A stretch of 64,000 bases of DNA from Spirochaetales bacterium (lineage in GTDB: Bacteria; Spirochaetota; Spirochaetia; Treponematales; UBA12059), in assembly GCA_016928955.1 (NCBI GenBank), contig JAFGJV010000049.1, positions 3,624-67,623 of the forward strand. The letters are read 5' to 3'. Positions 9,297 to 18,004 of the stretch are shown here, piece by piece. A model generated the notes under the pieces. It was not told the origin of the DNA. It saw only the letters and a program-made list of their open reading frames with translations, and ran no database searches. The number at the start of each line of letters is the position of its first letter. The first letter of the stretch is position 1. A program made the position numbers and the translations under genes.

Positions 9297-9350
9297 GGGA
9301 TCAGTCCAGGCGGGGGACGACCTTGTCGGACTGCCCGGACAACATGGCTC
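9297..9350 (-). pseudogene. Degenerate duplicate (about 54 bp, about 85% identical) of the tdh 3' end (encodes ...AMLSGQSDKVVPRLD*), 136 bp from the authentic copy at 9433-9488
   Basis: Direct comparison of the two segments, gggatcagtccaggc...ggactgcccggacaacatggc. Confidence 0.6.
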
Positions 9351-9436
9351 GCCAGGGCAAGCCCTGGCGGCGCGGAAGGGCGGGGCTTCCGTGATTGGCC
9401 GCCGGGGCTTTGACGCCCAGGTTCACCCGATGGGGA

Positions 9437-10465
9437 TCAGTCCAGGCTCAGGACGACCTTGCCGGACTGCCCGGACAACATGGCGTCAAAGCCCTTCTGG
9501 AAATCGTCGAACGAGAAGCGGTGGGTGATGACGGGAGCTATGTCCAGGCCGGACATCAGCATGGTCTGCATCTTGTACCAGGTTTCAAAGATCTCCCGGC
9601 CGTAGATGCCTTTGAGGAAGAGGCCCTTGAAGATGACCTTTTCCCAGTCTATGCCTGCGCCGTTGGGCAGGATGCCAAGGAGGGCTATGCGGCCGCCGTT
9701 GTACATGTTGTCCAGCATCTGCTCAAAGGCCTGGGGACTGCCGGACATTTCCAGGCCCACGTCAAAGCCGCCGACCATGCCCAGCTCGTTTTTCATGACG
9801 TCTTCCAGGCGTTCCTTGGACACGTTGACGGCCCGGGTGGCGCCAAGCTTCCTGGCCAGGTCCAGACGGTACTCGTTGACGTCCGTGATCACCACGTTGC
9901 GGGCGCCTACATGGCGGGCGATGGCGGCGGCCATGCAGCCAATGGGGCCGGCTCCCGTGATGATGACGTCCTCTCCCACCATGTCAAAGGACAGGGCGGT
10001 GTGGGTGGCGTTGCCGTACGGATCAAAGATTGATGCTACGTCGTCCGGGATGGAGTCGTGGACGTGCCATGCGTTGCTGGCGGGCACGGACACATACTCG
10101 GCAAAGCAGCCGTCGCGGTTGACGCCTATGCCCCGGGTGTTGGGGCAGAGATGCCGCTTGCCGGCCCTGCAGGCGCGGCATACGCCGCAGACTATGTGGC
10201 CCTCGGCCGACACGCGCTCGCCCACGCGGTAGCCCTGGACGGCCCGGCCCATCTCCACGATCTCGCCCACGAACTCGTGGCCTATGGTCATGGGGGTTTT
10301 AATGGTGCGCTGGGACCACGCGTCCCATTTGTAGATGTGGATGTCGGTGCCGCAGATGGCGGTTTTCTTGACCTTGATGAGCAGGTCCGTGTCGCCGATG
10401 GTGGGCAGGGGAACGTCTTCCATCCAGAGACCGACCTCGGGAGCTTTCTTGACCAGGGCTTTCAT
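9437..10465 (-). CDS. tdh: L-threonine 3-dehydrogenase (Zn-dependent MDR)
   Basis: MKALVKK...[25 protein letters not shown] closely parallels E. coli Tdh. AAGGAG RBS. Confidence 0.9.
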   Translation of the reverse strand: MKALVKKAPEVGLWMEDVPLPTIGDTDLLIKVKKTAICGTDIHIYKWDAWSQRTIKTPMTIGHEFVGEIVEMGRAVQGYRVGERVSAEGHIVCGVCRACRAGKRHLCPNTRGIGVNRDGCFAEYVSVPASNAWHVHDSIPDDVASIFDPYGNATHTALSFDMVGEDVIITGAGPIGCMAAAIARHVGARNVVITDVNEYRLDLARKLGATRAVNVSKERLEDVMKNELGMVGGFDVGLEMSGSPQAFEQMLDNMYNGGRIALLGILPNGAGIDWEKVIFKGLFLKGIYGREIFETWYKMQTMLMSGLDIAPVITHRFSFDDFQKGFDAMLSGQSGKVVLSLD

Positions 10466-10558
10466 GGGGACTCCTTTTTCCGGCCGCTCCATACGGGGGA
10501 GCGCCAGAGCAAGTATAGCGCCGCCGTGGCGTCCGTGGAAGATAGAACCCGATGAAGA

Positions 10559-11530
10559 TCAACCGGAGCAGGTGGTGACAAAGCCGGCAAAGCGCCTGAC
10601 CGGTTTGTACTCAAAGTCCCCGGCGTCCGACAGCAGGGTTTTGAGGCGGTCGGGCAGGGCGTCGGCCGTGTCCCCGGCCAGGTCTATGGTGCCCGGGGCC
10701 GTGTGGCGGCGCCCGAGGTGGTGGATGTAGTTGATGGCGTCCGACACCACGGTGCCTGTGTTGCCGGGCTTCTGCCAGGGCAGGCGCGCCTTGAGGAGGG
10801 AAAAGGCCAGCTGTATGTCGTCCTGGTCCATGCGGAACTGTTCGTAGGATAGGAGGCGTATGCCCGCCAGGACGCGCATGCACGAACGAAAGACGGATGG
10901 CAGGTGGTCGGGCTGGAAGAGAACCAGGGTTGACTGGCCGTCACCCATCCATACCAGGCCCTCATGCTCGGCGGCCAGGGTGCCTATGGTCGAGAGGACT
11001 GCGCTCTTGAGCCGGGTAAAGCGGGCGTCGCCCAGCCTGGTTCGCAGGGCATCGGCGTCGCACAGGGCCACATACACCATGAGGAACTCGTAGTCCTTGC
11101 CTTCCGACAGGGCGTCCCAGCCGACAAAGCCGGAAGCGGTCCTGGTGCGACGCGCGGGGGCGCGGGCCTGGTCGCCCGACAGCTTGGCCGCGTACGCCGC
11201 CACGCTGTCCAGTCGTTCCTCGTTGACAAAGCCTTCTCCGGCTTCCGGGCCTATGTAGTCCAGGGCGCCCGTGTGGAAGAGGGCTGCCGGGTCGGATACC
11301 GCCCTGGCGCGGTCCAGGGCCGCCCAGCGCAGCCTTTTCTCGTCCGCGAGCCGCGCTAGCAGCTCAGGCAGGCCCCGGCGCGGGAGCGAGCCCAGGTCAA
11401 TGTACAGAAGGCAGTCCGCGGGTGGCGACGCCAGGATGGCGTCAAGCTCGGACGGCTGGAAGCGGGTAAGGCGCGGCAGGCTGAACAGGAGTTCGGCGCT
11501 ACGGCTTTTGGCCACCAGGATCACTTCCAT
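10559..11530 (-). CDS. Degenerate receiver-like N-domain plus degenerate nucleotide-cyclase palm domain (GGDEF/CHD-like; CDAD ... MGDGQS ... SDAINYIHHLGRR)
   Basis: Pattern matching to GGDEF: DxD, hydrophobic-RxGGDEF replaced by GDGQS, and the ADeALYrAKxxGRN-like motif. The N-terminus is MEVILVAKS...LLYIDLGSLP (REC-like, lacking the acidic pair). The ATG at 11530 overlaps the upstream stop in atggaagtga. Confidence 0.4.
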   Translation of the reverse strand: MEVILVAKSRSAELLFSLPRLTRFQPSELDAILASPPADCLLYIDLGSLPRRGLPELLARLADEKRLRWAALDRARAVSDPAALFHTGALDYIGPEAGEGFVNEERLDSVAAYAAKLSGDQARAPARRTRTASGFVGWDALSEGKDYEFLMVYVALCDADALRTRLGDARFTRLKSAVLSTIGTLAAEHEGLVWMGDGQSTLVLFQPDHLPSVFRSCMRVLAGIRLLSYEQFRMDQDDIQLAFSLLKARLPWQKPGNTGTVVSDAINYIHHLGRRHTAPGTIDLAGDTADALPDRLKTLLSDAGDFEYKPVRRFAGFVTTCSG

Positions 11531-12486
11531 GACGCGGCCTTTCCCCGGCCCTGCCGGCCCGTCAGGGGCCTGGGCTTGATGGAGTAGCTCAGGATCTCCC
11601 AGGGGCACTCGCTGTCCAGATGGACAAAGCACTTCTTGATGATCTCGTCCACGTGCGGGGCTATGGTGGCCGACACGGAGAAGGTCTCAGGCGGCGTGTA
11701 GCGCTCCTCTATCTCCGTGGTCTCGCGCACGAGCTCGGTCCGCAGGAGCTCGGACTGGTGCTCGGTGTAGCGCAGGTAGCCGGCGTGCGCCGCTAGGCGC
11801 ACCTGTATGGGTTTGTCCAGGGGATTGTCGACCAGGTTGTACAACAGGAGCTCGTTCATGATATCCACGCCGGACAGCACCGCGGACATGTTGGGGTGGC
11901 CGTAGTGGAAGGCCGCCAGCCCGCCGTCGCCCTCCCAGGACCACAGCCGGCCGCGGCGCTTTTCCACCAGCCGGCGCACGATGTCCCGCAGGGCTTCGTA
12001 CGCGCTCTCCACGTCGCAGGACGCGTTTGCGCGGACCAGGCGGGAATTGCGGGCTATGTCCAGGCGGAGCAGGGTGATGGGGTACTCGACGCCCTCGCGC
12101 AGGCGGCCCCAGCCCGGGGTCCGGAAACGCCTGGCGTCCTCATAGAACAGCTCGGACTCGGGATCCAGGGTGTAGCCCACCTCTTCCATGCCGGCCAGGA
12201 TGTCGTCTATGCCGACTATGGGGTACTGTTTGCCCATGTAGCCGTGGCGGTCCACCAGGATCAGCCATTCGATGGTCTCCAGCATCAGCCCGGCGTCCAG
12301 AAGGTCCTCAACGATGCGCTTGACCGCGTCCTGCACGGGTACAGGCACGGACGGGGGAAAGCCCATGCGCTGATTCAGGTTGTAGCCTTCTATCAGGCTT
12401 TTGGCCATGCGTATGGACAGTTCCATGCCCAGGGACCGGTAGAGGGTTCGGATGACGGTCTGCACAACTGGATCGCGTAGTTTCAT
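11521..12486 (-). CDS. Paralogous degenerate nucleotide-cyclase palm-domain protein (RLDIA ... WSWEGDGGLAAF) with an unknown 145-aa N-domain
   Basis: Alignable to the downstream gene (EGxxY...LxxxD...W.W.GDG...). Tight coupling to it. Confidence 0.4.
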   Translation of the reverse strand: MKLRDPVVQTVIRTLYRSLGMELSIRMAKSLIEGYNLNQRMGFPPSVPVPVQDAVKRIVEDLLDAGLMLETIEWLILVDRHGYMGKQYPIVGIDDILAGMEEVGYTLDPESELFYEDARRFRTPGWGRLREGVEYPITLLRLDIARNSRLVRANASCDVESAYEALRDIVRRLVEKRRGRLWSWEGDGGLAAFHYGHPNMSAVLSGVDIMNELLLYNLVDNPLDKPIQVRLAAHAGYLRYTEHQSELLRTELVRETTEIEERYTPPETFSVSATIAPHVDEIIKKCFVHLDSECPWEILSYSIKPRPLTGRQGRGKAASWK

Positions 12487-12738
12487 GGCATCCTTGTCAA
12501 CGTTCTGTTATGACCTGCCTGGAGATGGCAGGATGGTGGTGCCCGACCATGGCGGCCGCATAGCTCCAACACTTCTATAATATGCTGTGGCCATGGTTTT
12601 GCCAACCTCGGGATGATCGGGTTTCTACGAGCTGGTGTGTCGAAGCTTTGATGTCGCCTGGTAGCACGGTTGTCGTCCAGCCCGGTTCAAAAAACAAAAC
12701 GCCGTTTCAAATTTTAGCCAAAAACACCCCGCGTCCCC

Positions 12739-12766
12739 TTGCAGAGTGCTTAAATTATGATATACT
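12739..12766 (+). promoter_or_regulatory. Sigma70-like promoter TTGCAG-16-TATACT upstream of buk
   Basis: Hexamers read directly, 35 nt upstream of the buk ATG. Confidence 0.4.
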
Positions 12767-12800
12767 GCGCTCACGAACCCTACCCAGACAAGGAGCCGGC

Positions 12801-13874
12801 ATGGCGCATACCGTTCTCGTCATCAATCCGGGGTCAACATCGACCAAGATCGGCGTCTTCGAGGACCAGAAGGAACTGTTCACTGAGAACGTGGCTCATT
12901 CCGCGGAGGAAATAGCCGCGTTTCCCACCATAGCCAGCCAGTACGAATTCAGGGAACAGCACATCAGGGGCGCGCTGGAAAAGAGGGGCTTTGACCTCTC
13001 GAGCCTGTCCTGCGTGGTCGGCCGCGGAGGCCTCTTGAAGCCCATTCCGGGCGGCGTGTACGCGGTCAACCAGGCCATGAAGGACACCTTCCTGGCTGCC
13101 ACCTACGGCGAGCACGCGTCCAACCTGGGCGCCCTGATTGCCGGCGCCCTGGCCGCCGAGCTTAAGATACCGGCCTTCATTGTGGATCCGGTGGTGGTGG
13201 ACGAGCTGGACGACGTGGCCCGCGTGTACGGCCACAAGCTGTTCCGCAAGCAGTGTATCTTCCACGCGCTCAACCAGAAGGCGGTGGCCAGGCGCTGGGC
13301 CAAGGAGCACGGCAAGCGCTATGACGAGGCGACCGTGATCGTTGCGCATATGGGCGGCGGCGTATCGGTGGGCCTGCACAAAAAAGGCCGCGTGGTGGAC
13401 GTGAACAACGCCCTGAACGGCGAGGGGCCGTTCAGCCCCGAGCGCGCCGGCACCCTGCCTGCCGGAGCCCTGGCCAAGCTGTGTTTCTCCGGCCAGTACA
13501 CGGAAAAGGAAGTGCTCAAGATGATCACCGGCCAGGGCGGCCTCGTAAGCCTGGCTGGGACCAACGACATGCGCGTGCTCGAGAACAAATTCCTGGCCGG
13601 GAACGACCCGGAGGCAACGCTGATATACAAAGCCTTCATATACAACATGGGCAAGGCCATAGGCGCCCTGGCCGCAGCCGCTGAAGGCGCCCTTGAGGGC
13701 ATCATCCTGACCGGGGGCATAGCCTACGGCAAGCCCATCCAGGAGGGCATCGGCAAGATGGTCGGCTGGATGGCTCCGGTGACCGTCTATCCGGGAGAGG
13801 GCGAGCTGGAGGCCCTGGCCCAGGCCGGCGTGTCGGTCATGACCGGCGAGGTCAAGCCGCAGGAGTACAAGTAG
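12801..13874 (+). CDS. buk: Butyrate (branched-chain fatty acid) kinase
   Basis: MAHTVLVINPGSTSTKIGVF N-terminus (ASKHA fold, acetate/butyrate kinase family). AAGGAG RBS. Confidence 0.9.
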   Translation: MAHTVLVINPGSTSTKIGVFEDQKELFTENVAHSAEEIAAFPTIASQYEFREQHIRGALEKRGFDLSSLSCVVGRGGLLKPIPGGVYAVNQAMKDTFLAATYGEHASNLGALIAGALAAELKIPAFIVDPVVVDELDDVARVYGHKLFRKQCIFHALNQKAVARRWAKEHGKRYDEATVIVAHMGGGVSVGLHKKGRVVDVNNALNGEGPFSPERAGTLPAGALAKLCFSGQYTEKEVLKMITGQGGLVSLAGTNDMRVLENKFLAGNDPEATLIYKAFIYNMGKAIGALAAAAEGALEGIILTGGIAYGKPIQEGIGKMVGWMAPVTVYPGEGELEALAQAGVSVMTGEVKPQEYK

Positions 13875-14771
13875 ATGAAGACCGTCACCGACATCATAGA
13901 GGCGGCGCGCAAGGCCGGCCGCAAGCGCGTGGCCGTGGCCGCCGCCCATGAGGAATCCGCCCTTGAGGCGGTGATTGACGCGGCGGCCCATGGCCTGATC
14001 GAGCCCATCCTGGTTGGCGACGCCGCAGAGATCAGGCGCATGGCCGCCGGCATGAAGGCAGACATATCGGCCTGGCGCATCATAGACGAAAAAGACTACG
14101 CCAAGTCGGCCGCCCAGGCCGTGGCCCTGGTTCGCTCCGGCGAGGCGGACATGCTGATGAAGGGCGTCCTGGACACGTCCATCCTGCTCAAGGCCGCTCT
14201 CAACAAGGAAGCCGGCCTCAACGCCGGCAGGCTGACCAGCCACGTGGCCGTGATGGAGGTGCCCACCTACCACAAGCTCCTGGTGGTCACTGACGCGGCC
14301 ATCAACATAGCCCCCGATCTGCCGGGCAAGCTGGACATCATAGCCAACGCCGTTGCCGTGGCCAAGGCCATAGGCGTGGACAATCCCAAGGTGGCGCTCC
14401 TGGCTGCCGTTGAAAAGGTCAACTGGGACAAGATGCCGTGCACGGCCGACGCCGCCGTCATCACCCAGATGAACAGGCGGGGACAGATCAAGGGCTGTGT
14501 CATAGACGGACCCCTGGCCCTGGACAACGCCATCAGCGCGGAGAGCGCCCGCATCAAGAAGATCGTGTCGGAAGTGGCCGGAGACGCCGATGTCCTGGTA
14601 GCGCCGGACATAGAGGCGGGCAATATTCTGTACAAGTGCCTCCTGGACCTGGGCCAGGCCAAGGGCGCCGGCATCGTGGTCGGCGCGGCCAAACCCATCG
14701 TCCTGACAAGCCGCGCCGACAGCGCGGAGACCAAGCTGGCCAGCATAGCCCTGGCCGCTCTGGCGTCCTAG
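13875..14771 (+). CDS. ptb: Phosphate butyryltransferase / phosphotransacylase
   Basis: Pta/Ptb-family signatures (RVAVAAAHEESALEAV, LLAAVEKVNW). Abuts the buk stop. Confidence 0.85.
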   Translation: MKTVTDIIEAARKAGRKRVAVAAAHEESALEAVIDAAAHGLIEPILVGDAAEIRRMAAGMKADISAWRIIDEKDYAKSAAQAVALVRSGEADMLMKGVLDTSILLKAALNKEAGLNAGRLTSHVAVMEVPTYHKLLVVTDAAINIAPDLPGKLDIIANAVAVAKAIGVDNPKVALLAAVEKVNWDKMPCTADAAVITQMNRRGQIKGCVIDGPLALDNAISAESARIKKIVSEVAGDADVLVAPDIEAGNILYKCLLDLGQAKGAGIVVGAAKPIVLTSRADSAETKLASIALAALAS

Positions 14772-14891
14772 GGCGCCGGACTATCCCAAGGTACCGGGAA
14801 TCCAAGCGGCAGGCCCCTCCGGAGTCGGCTGCATCGCAATCCATCGGGGAGGCGCGCCCGACCGGCCGCCGACCGAAGCAAGGAGCTGTTC

Positions 14892-15107
14892 ATGGCAAAC
14901 AAGGGCAAACCCGTCATCGACAGGGAACGCTGCAAGGGATGCCTGCTCTGCGTCCGCTCATGCCCCACCAAGGTGCTCGGCGTGGACGACGAGCCCAATT
15001 CATGGGGCTATTATCCGGCCAAGGTGGTGGACCTGGACAAGTGCATAGCCTGCGGGAACTGCAACACCGTGTGTCCCGACGTGGCCATCACCGTCTATAA
15101 GCTGTAA
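14892..15107 (+). CDS. 2-oxoacid:ferredoxin oxidoreductase delta subunit (2x[4Fe-4S] ferredoxin)
   Basis: Two CxxCxxCxxxCP motifs in 71 aa. Confidence 0.85.
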   Translation: MANKGKPVIDRERCKGCLLCVRSCPTKVLGVDDEPNSWGYYPAKVVDLDKCIACGNCNTVCPDVAITVYKL

Positions 15108-15120
15108 GGAGGACGGAACC

Positions 15121-16182
15121 ATGGCTGAAGAAAAGCGACTGATGAAGGGTAACGAGGCCATAGGCGAGGCCGCCGTCCGCGCCGGCTGCACGGCGTATTT
15201 CGGCTATCCCATCACGCCCCAGAACGAACTGACGGCCTACATGGCCAAGCACATGCTCGACCACAAGCGCGTGTTCATCCAGGCCGAGAGCGAGGTGTCC
15301 GCCATCAACATGGTGTACGGCGCCGCCGCCACCGGCGCCCGGGCCATGACCAGCTCGTCGAGCCCGGGCATATCCCTCAAGCAGGAGGGCATATCCTACG
15401 CCTGCGGCGCCGACGTGCCCTGCGTGGTAGTCAACGTGGCCCGCTCGGGCCCCGGCCTTGGCGGCATCAGCCCGGCCCAGGGCGACTACTTCCAGTCCAC
15501 CCGGGGTGGCGGCCACGGCGACTACTACCACATCGTGCTGGCGCCCAAGAGCGTCCAGGAAGCCGCCGATCTGACCTACCTGGCCTTTGACCTGGCCGAC
15601 AAGTGGCGCATGCCCGTCATGGTCCTGGCCGACGGCATGATCGGCCAGATGATGGAAGGCGTCACCTTCCCCCGCCCGCGCGAGCTGTCGGAACTGCCGG
15701 CCAAGCCCTGGGCCGTGGGAGACTCGGGCGGCCGTGAGCTGCACCACGTCGATTCAACCCACCTGGTGCCCGACGAGTTCGAGGCCACCAACCGCGAGCG
15801 CTTCAAGCGCTATGAAGAGATCAAGGCGTCCGAGACCCGCATAGAAGAGCATGACGTGCAGGGCGCGGAGCTCATCCTGGTGGCGTACGGCACCTCTGCC
15901 CGCGTGTGCCTTGGCGCCATGGAAGAGGCGCGCAAGCTCGGCCTCAAGGTCGGCCTCCTGCGCCCCATCACCCTGTGGCCCTTCCCTGAAAAACGCGTGG
16001 CCGAGCTGGCCGGCACGGGAGCCAAGTTCCTCACCGTGGAAATGAGCATGGGCCAGATGGTGGAGGACGTCCGCCTCCACACGCACGGCAAGGCGGAGGT
16101 GTTCTTCTACGGCCGCTGCGGCGGCAACATCCCCACCGAGGAAGACGTGCTGGCGGAAATCCGCAGCATCCTCAAGAAATGA
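15121..16182 (+). CDS. 2-oxoacid:ferredoxin oxidoreductase alpha subunit (VOR/KOR/POR type)
   Basis: GNEAIGEAAVRAGCTAYFGYPITPQNE matches the PFOR alpha N-terminus. Confidence 0.9.
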   Translation: MAEEKRLMKGNEAIGEAAVRAGCTAYFGYPITPQNELTAYMAKHMLDHKRVFIQAESEVSAINMVYGAAATGARAMTSSSSPGISLKQEGISYACGADVPCVVVNVARSGPGLGGISPAQGDYFQSTRGGGHGDYYHIVLAPKSVQEAADLTYLAFDLADKWRMPVMVLADGMIGQMMEGVTFPRPRELSELPAKPWAVGDSGGRELHHVDSTHLVPDEFEATNRERFKRYEEIKASETRIEEHDVQGAELILVAYGTSARVCLGAMEEARKLGLKVGLLRPITLWPFPEKRVAELAGTGAKFLTVEMSMGQMVEDVRLHTHGKAEVFFYGRCGGNIPTEEDVLAEIRSILKK

Positions 16183-16195
16183 CGGGAGGGACCAC

Positions 16196-16950
<755 letters not shown>

Positions 16951-16954
<4 letters not shown>

Positions 16955-17487
16955 CCGAAAAGACCTTCATAGCGGGTTTCGGCGGCCAGGGCGTCATATC
17001 CCTGGGCCAGCTGTGGGTGTATTGCGGCATGAAGGAGAACCTCCAGGTTACCTTCTTCCCGTTCTACGGAGCGGAAAAGCGCGGAGGCATAGCGCGGGCC
17101 GGCGTCATCGTGTCCGACCACGAAATAGCCAGTCCCCTGGTCACCAGGCCGGACAGCGCCGTGGTCATGAACCAGGACAGCCTGCCCCTGTGCGAGGACA
17201 TCCTCAAGGAAGGCGGCACCCTGCTCGTCAACTCAAGCCTGGTCAAGACCGAGACGCGCCGCAAGGACGCAAAGGTCATAAAGATTCCCTGCAACGAGCT
17301 GGCTGAACAGATAGGCGACGCCAAGATAGCCAACATGGTCATGATGGGCGCCCTGTCCAAGGCCACGGGCGCGGTCAAGCTGGACAAGCTGGAGGCCGTG
17401 CTCAAGACTTTTTTCCCTGAGAGCAAGCACAAGTACGTCCCCATGAACATGAAGGCCATAGAGGCCGGCATGGCGGCTGTCAAGTAA
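16951..17487 (+). CDS. 2-oxoacid:ferredoxin oxidoreductase gamma subunit
   Basis: GFGGQGVISLG motif. Overlaps the beta-subunit stop. Confidence 0.85.
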
Positions 17488-17504
17488 GCCTGTTTCACGG
17501 CGGT

Positions 17505-17545
17505 ACAGGGCCGGTTCTTCTTCCGGGAAGTCCGGCCCTTTTTTA
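17505..17545 (+). terminator. Rho-independent terminator after the buk-ptb-kor operon (GGGCCGG...CCGGCCC plus TTTTTT)
   Basis: Hairpin plus U-tract read directly. Confidence 0.6.
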
Positions 17546-17619
17546 ATGGCTTGCCTTTGGCCCGGAAGGGGCACCTTCCCAGGTTCCCCTCCCGGGACCC
17601 ACCCTTCCTGGGGGCGGGC

Positions 17620-17919
17620 TTACTTACCTTGAATTTCCTCTTCCACTTCCTCGGCGCCTTCGTCATAGAAGCGCTTCTCGTCCGGCGCCAGCTCGTGGAG
17701 CAGGCGGAGGAACTCGCCGGCGTGCACGCGCTCCTCGTCGGCTATGTCTTTGAGCACCTCGATGGCCAGCTTGTTGTCTGTGGACTCGGCCAGCTGCATG
17801 TACAGCTGTATGGCCTCGTACTCGGCGGCTATCATGAAGCGGATGGCGCGGACAAGCTCGGCGTCCGTGAGTTTGCGTTCCTTGGCCAGGACAGCGAAGG
17901 GCGTTGCGAATTCGGGCAT
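17620..17919 (-). CDS. Ferritin-like diiron protein of the EncFtn/rubrerythrin-like type (99 aa)
   Basis: EYEAIQLY ... STDNKLAIEVLKDIADEERVHAGEF parallels the EncFtn motif (ExxH and a glutamate cluster). AAAGGA RBS. No C-terminal encapsulin-targeting peptide is apparent. Confidence 0.6.
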   Translation of the reverse strand: MPEFATPFAVLAKERKLTDAELVRAIRFMIAAEYEAIQLYMQLAESTDNKLAIEVLKDIADEERVHAGEFLRLLHELAPDEKRFYDEGAEEVEEEIQGK

Positions 17920-17963
17920 GGCAGTTCCTTTCCGGCCGCCTTGGGGGTTGGCCTTGGCCCCCA

Positions 17964-17991
17964 GTATGCACCACTATCCGGAAAGGGGCAA
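17964..17991 (-). promoter_or_regulatory. Sigma70-like promoter TTGCCC-16-CATACT for the ferritin-like gene
   Basis: Hexamers read as the reverse complement, about 40 nt upstream of the start. Confidence 0.3.
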
Positions 17992-18004
17992 ATGCCCGTT
18001 GGCG

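Noticed and set aside
9395-10555. Plus-strand ORFs 9395-10033, 9606-10232 and 10058-10555 opposite tdh
   Set aside because: They lie antisense to a strongly supported tdh gene, with low-complexity translations.
10559-12486. Interpretation of the palm-domain gene pair as a Pycsar/CBASS-like antiphage cyclase-effector system
   Set aside because: Both proteins are cyclase-like paralogs. No effector domain (TIR, TM-pore, nuclease, CAP/SAVED) is in the operon or its flanks, and the catalytic motifs are degenerate.
12582-12800. N-terminal 73-codon extension of the buk ORF
   Set aside because: AAGGAG 6 nt upstream of the internal ATG gives the canonical MAHTVLVINPGST start. The extension has no similarity to the family and contains promoter-like hexamers.
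17620-17919. Calling an encapsulin nanocompartment system
   Set aside because: Only the ferritin-like cargo-type gene is present. No shell gene or targeting peptide was found within the window.
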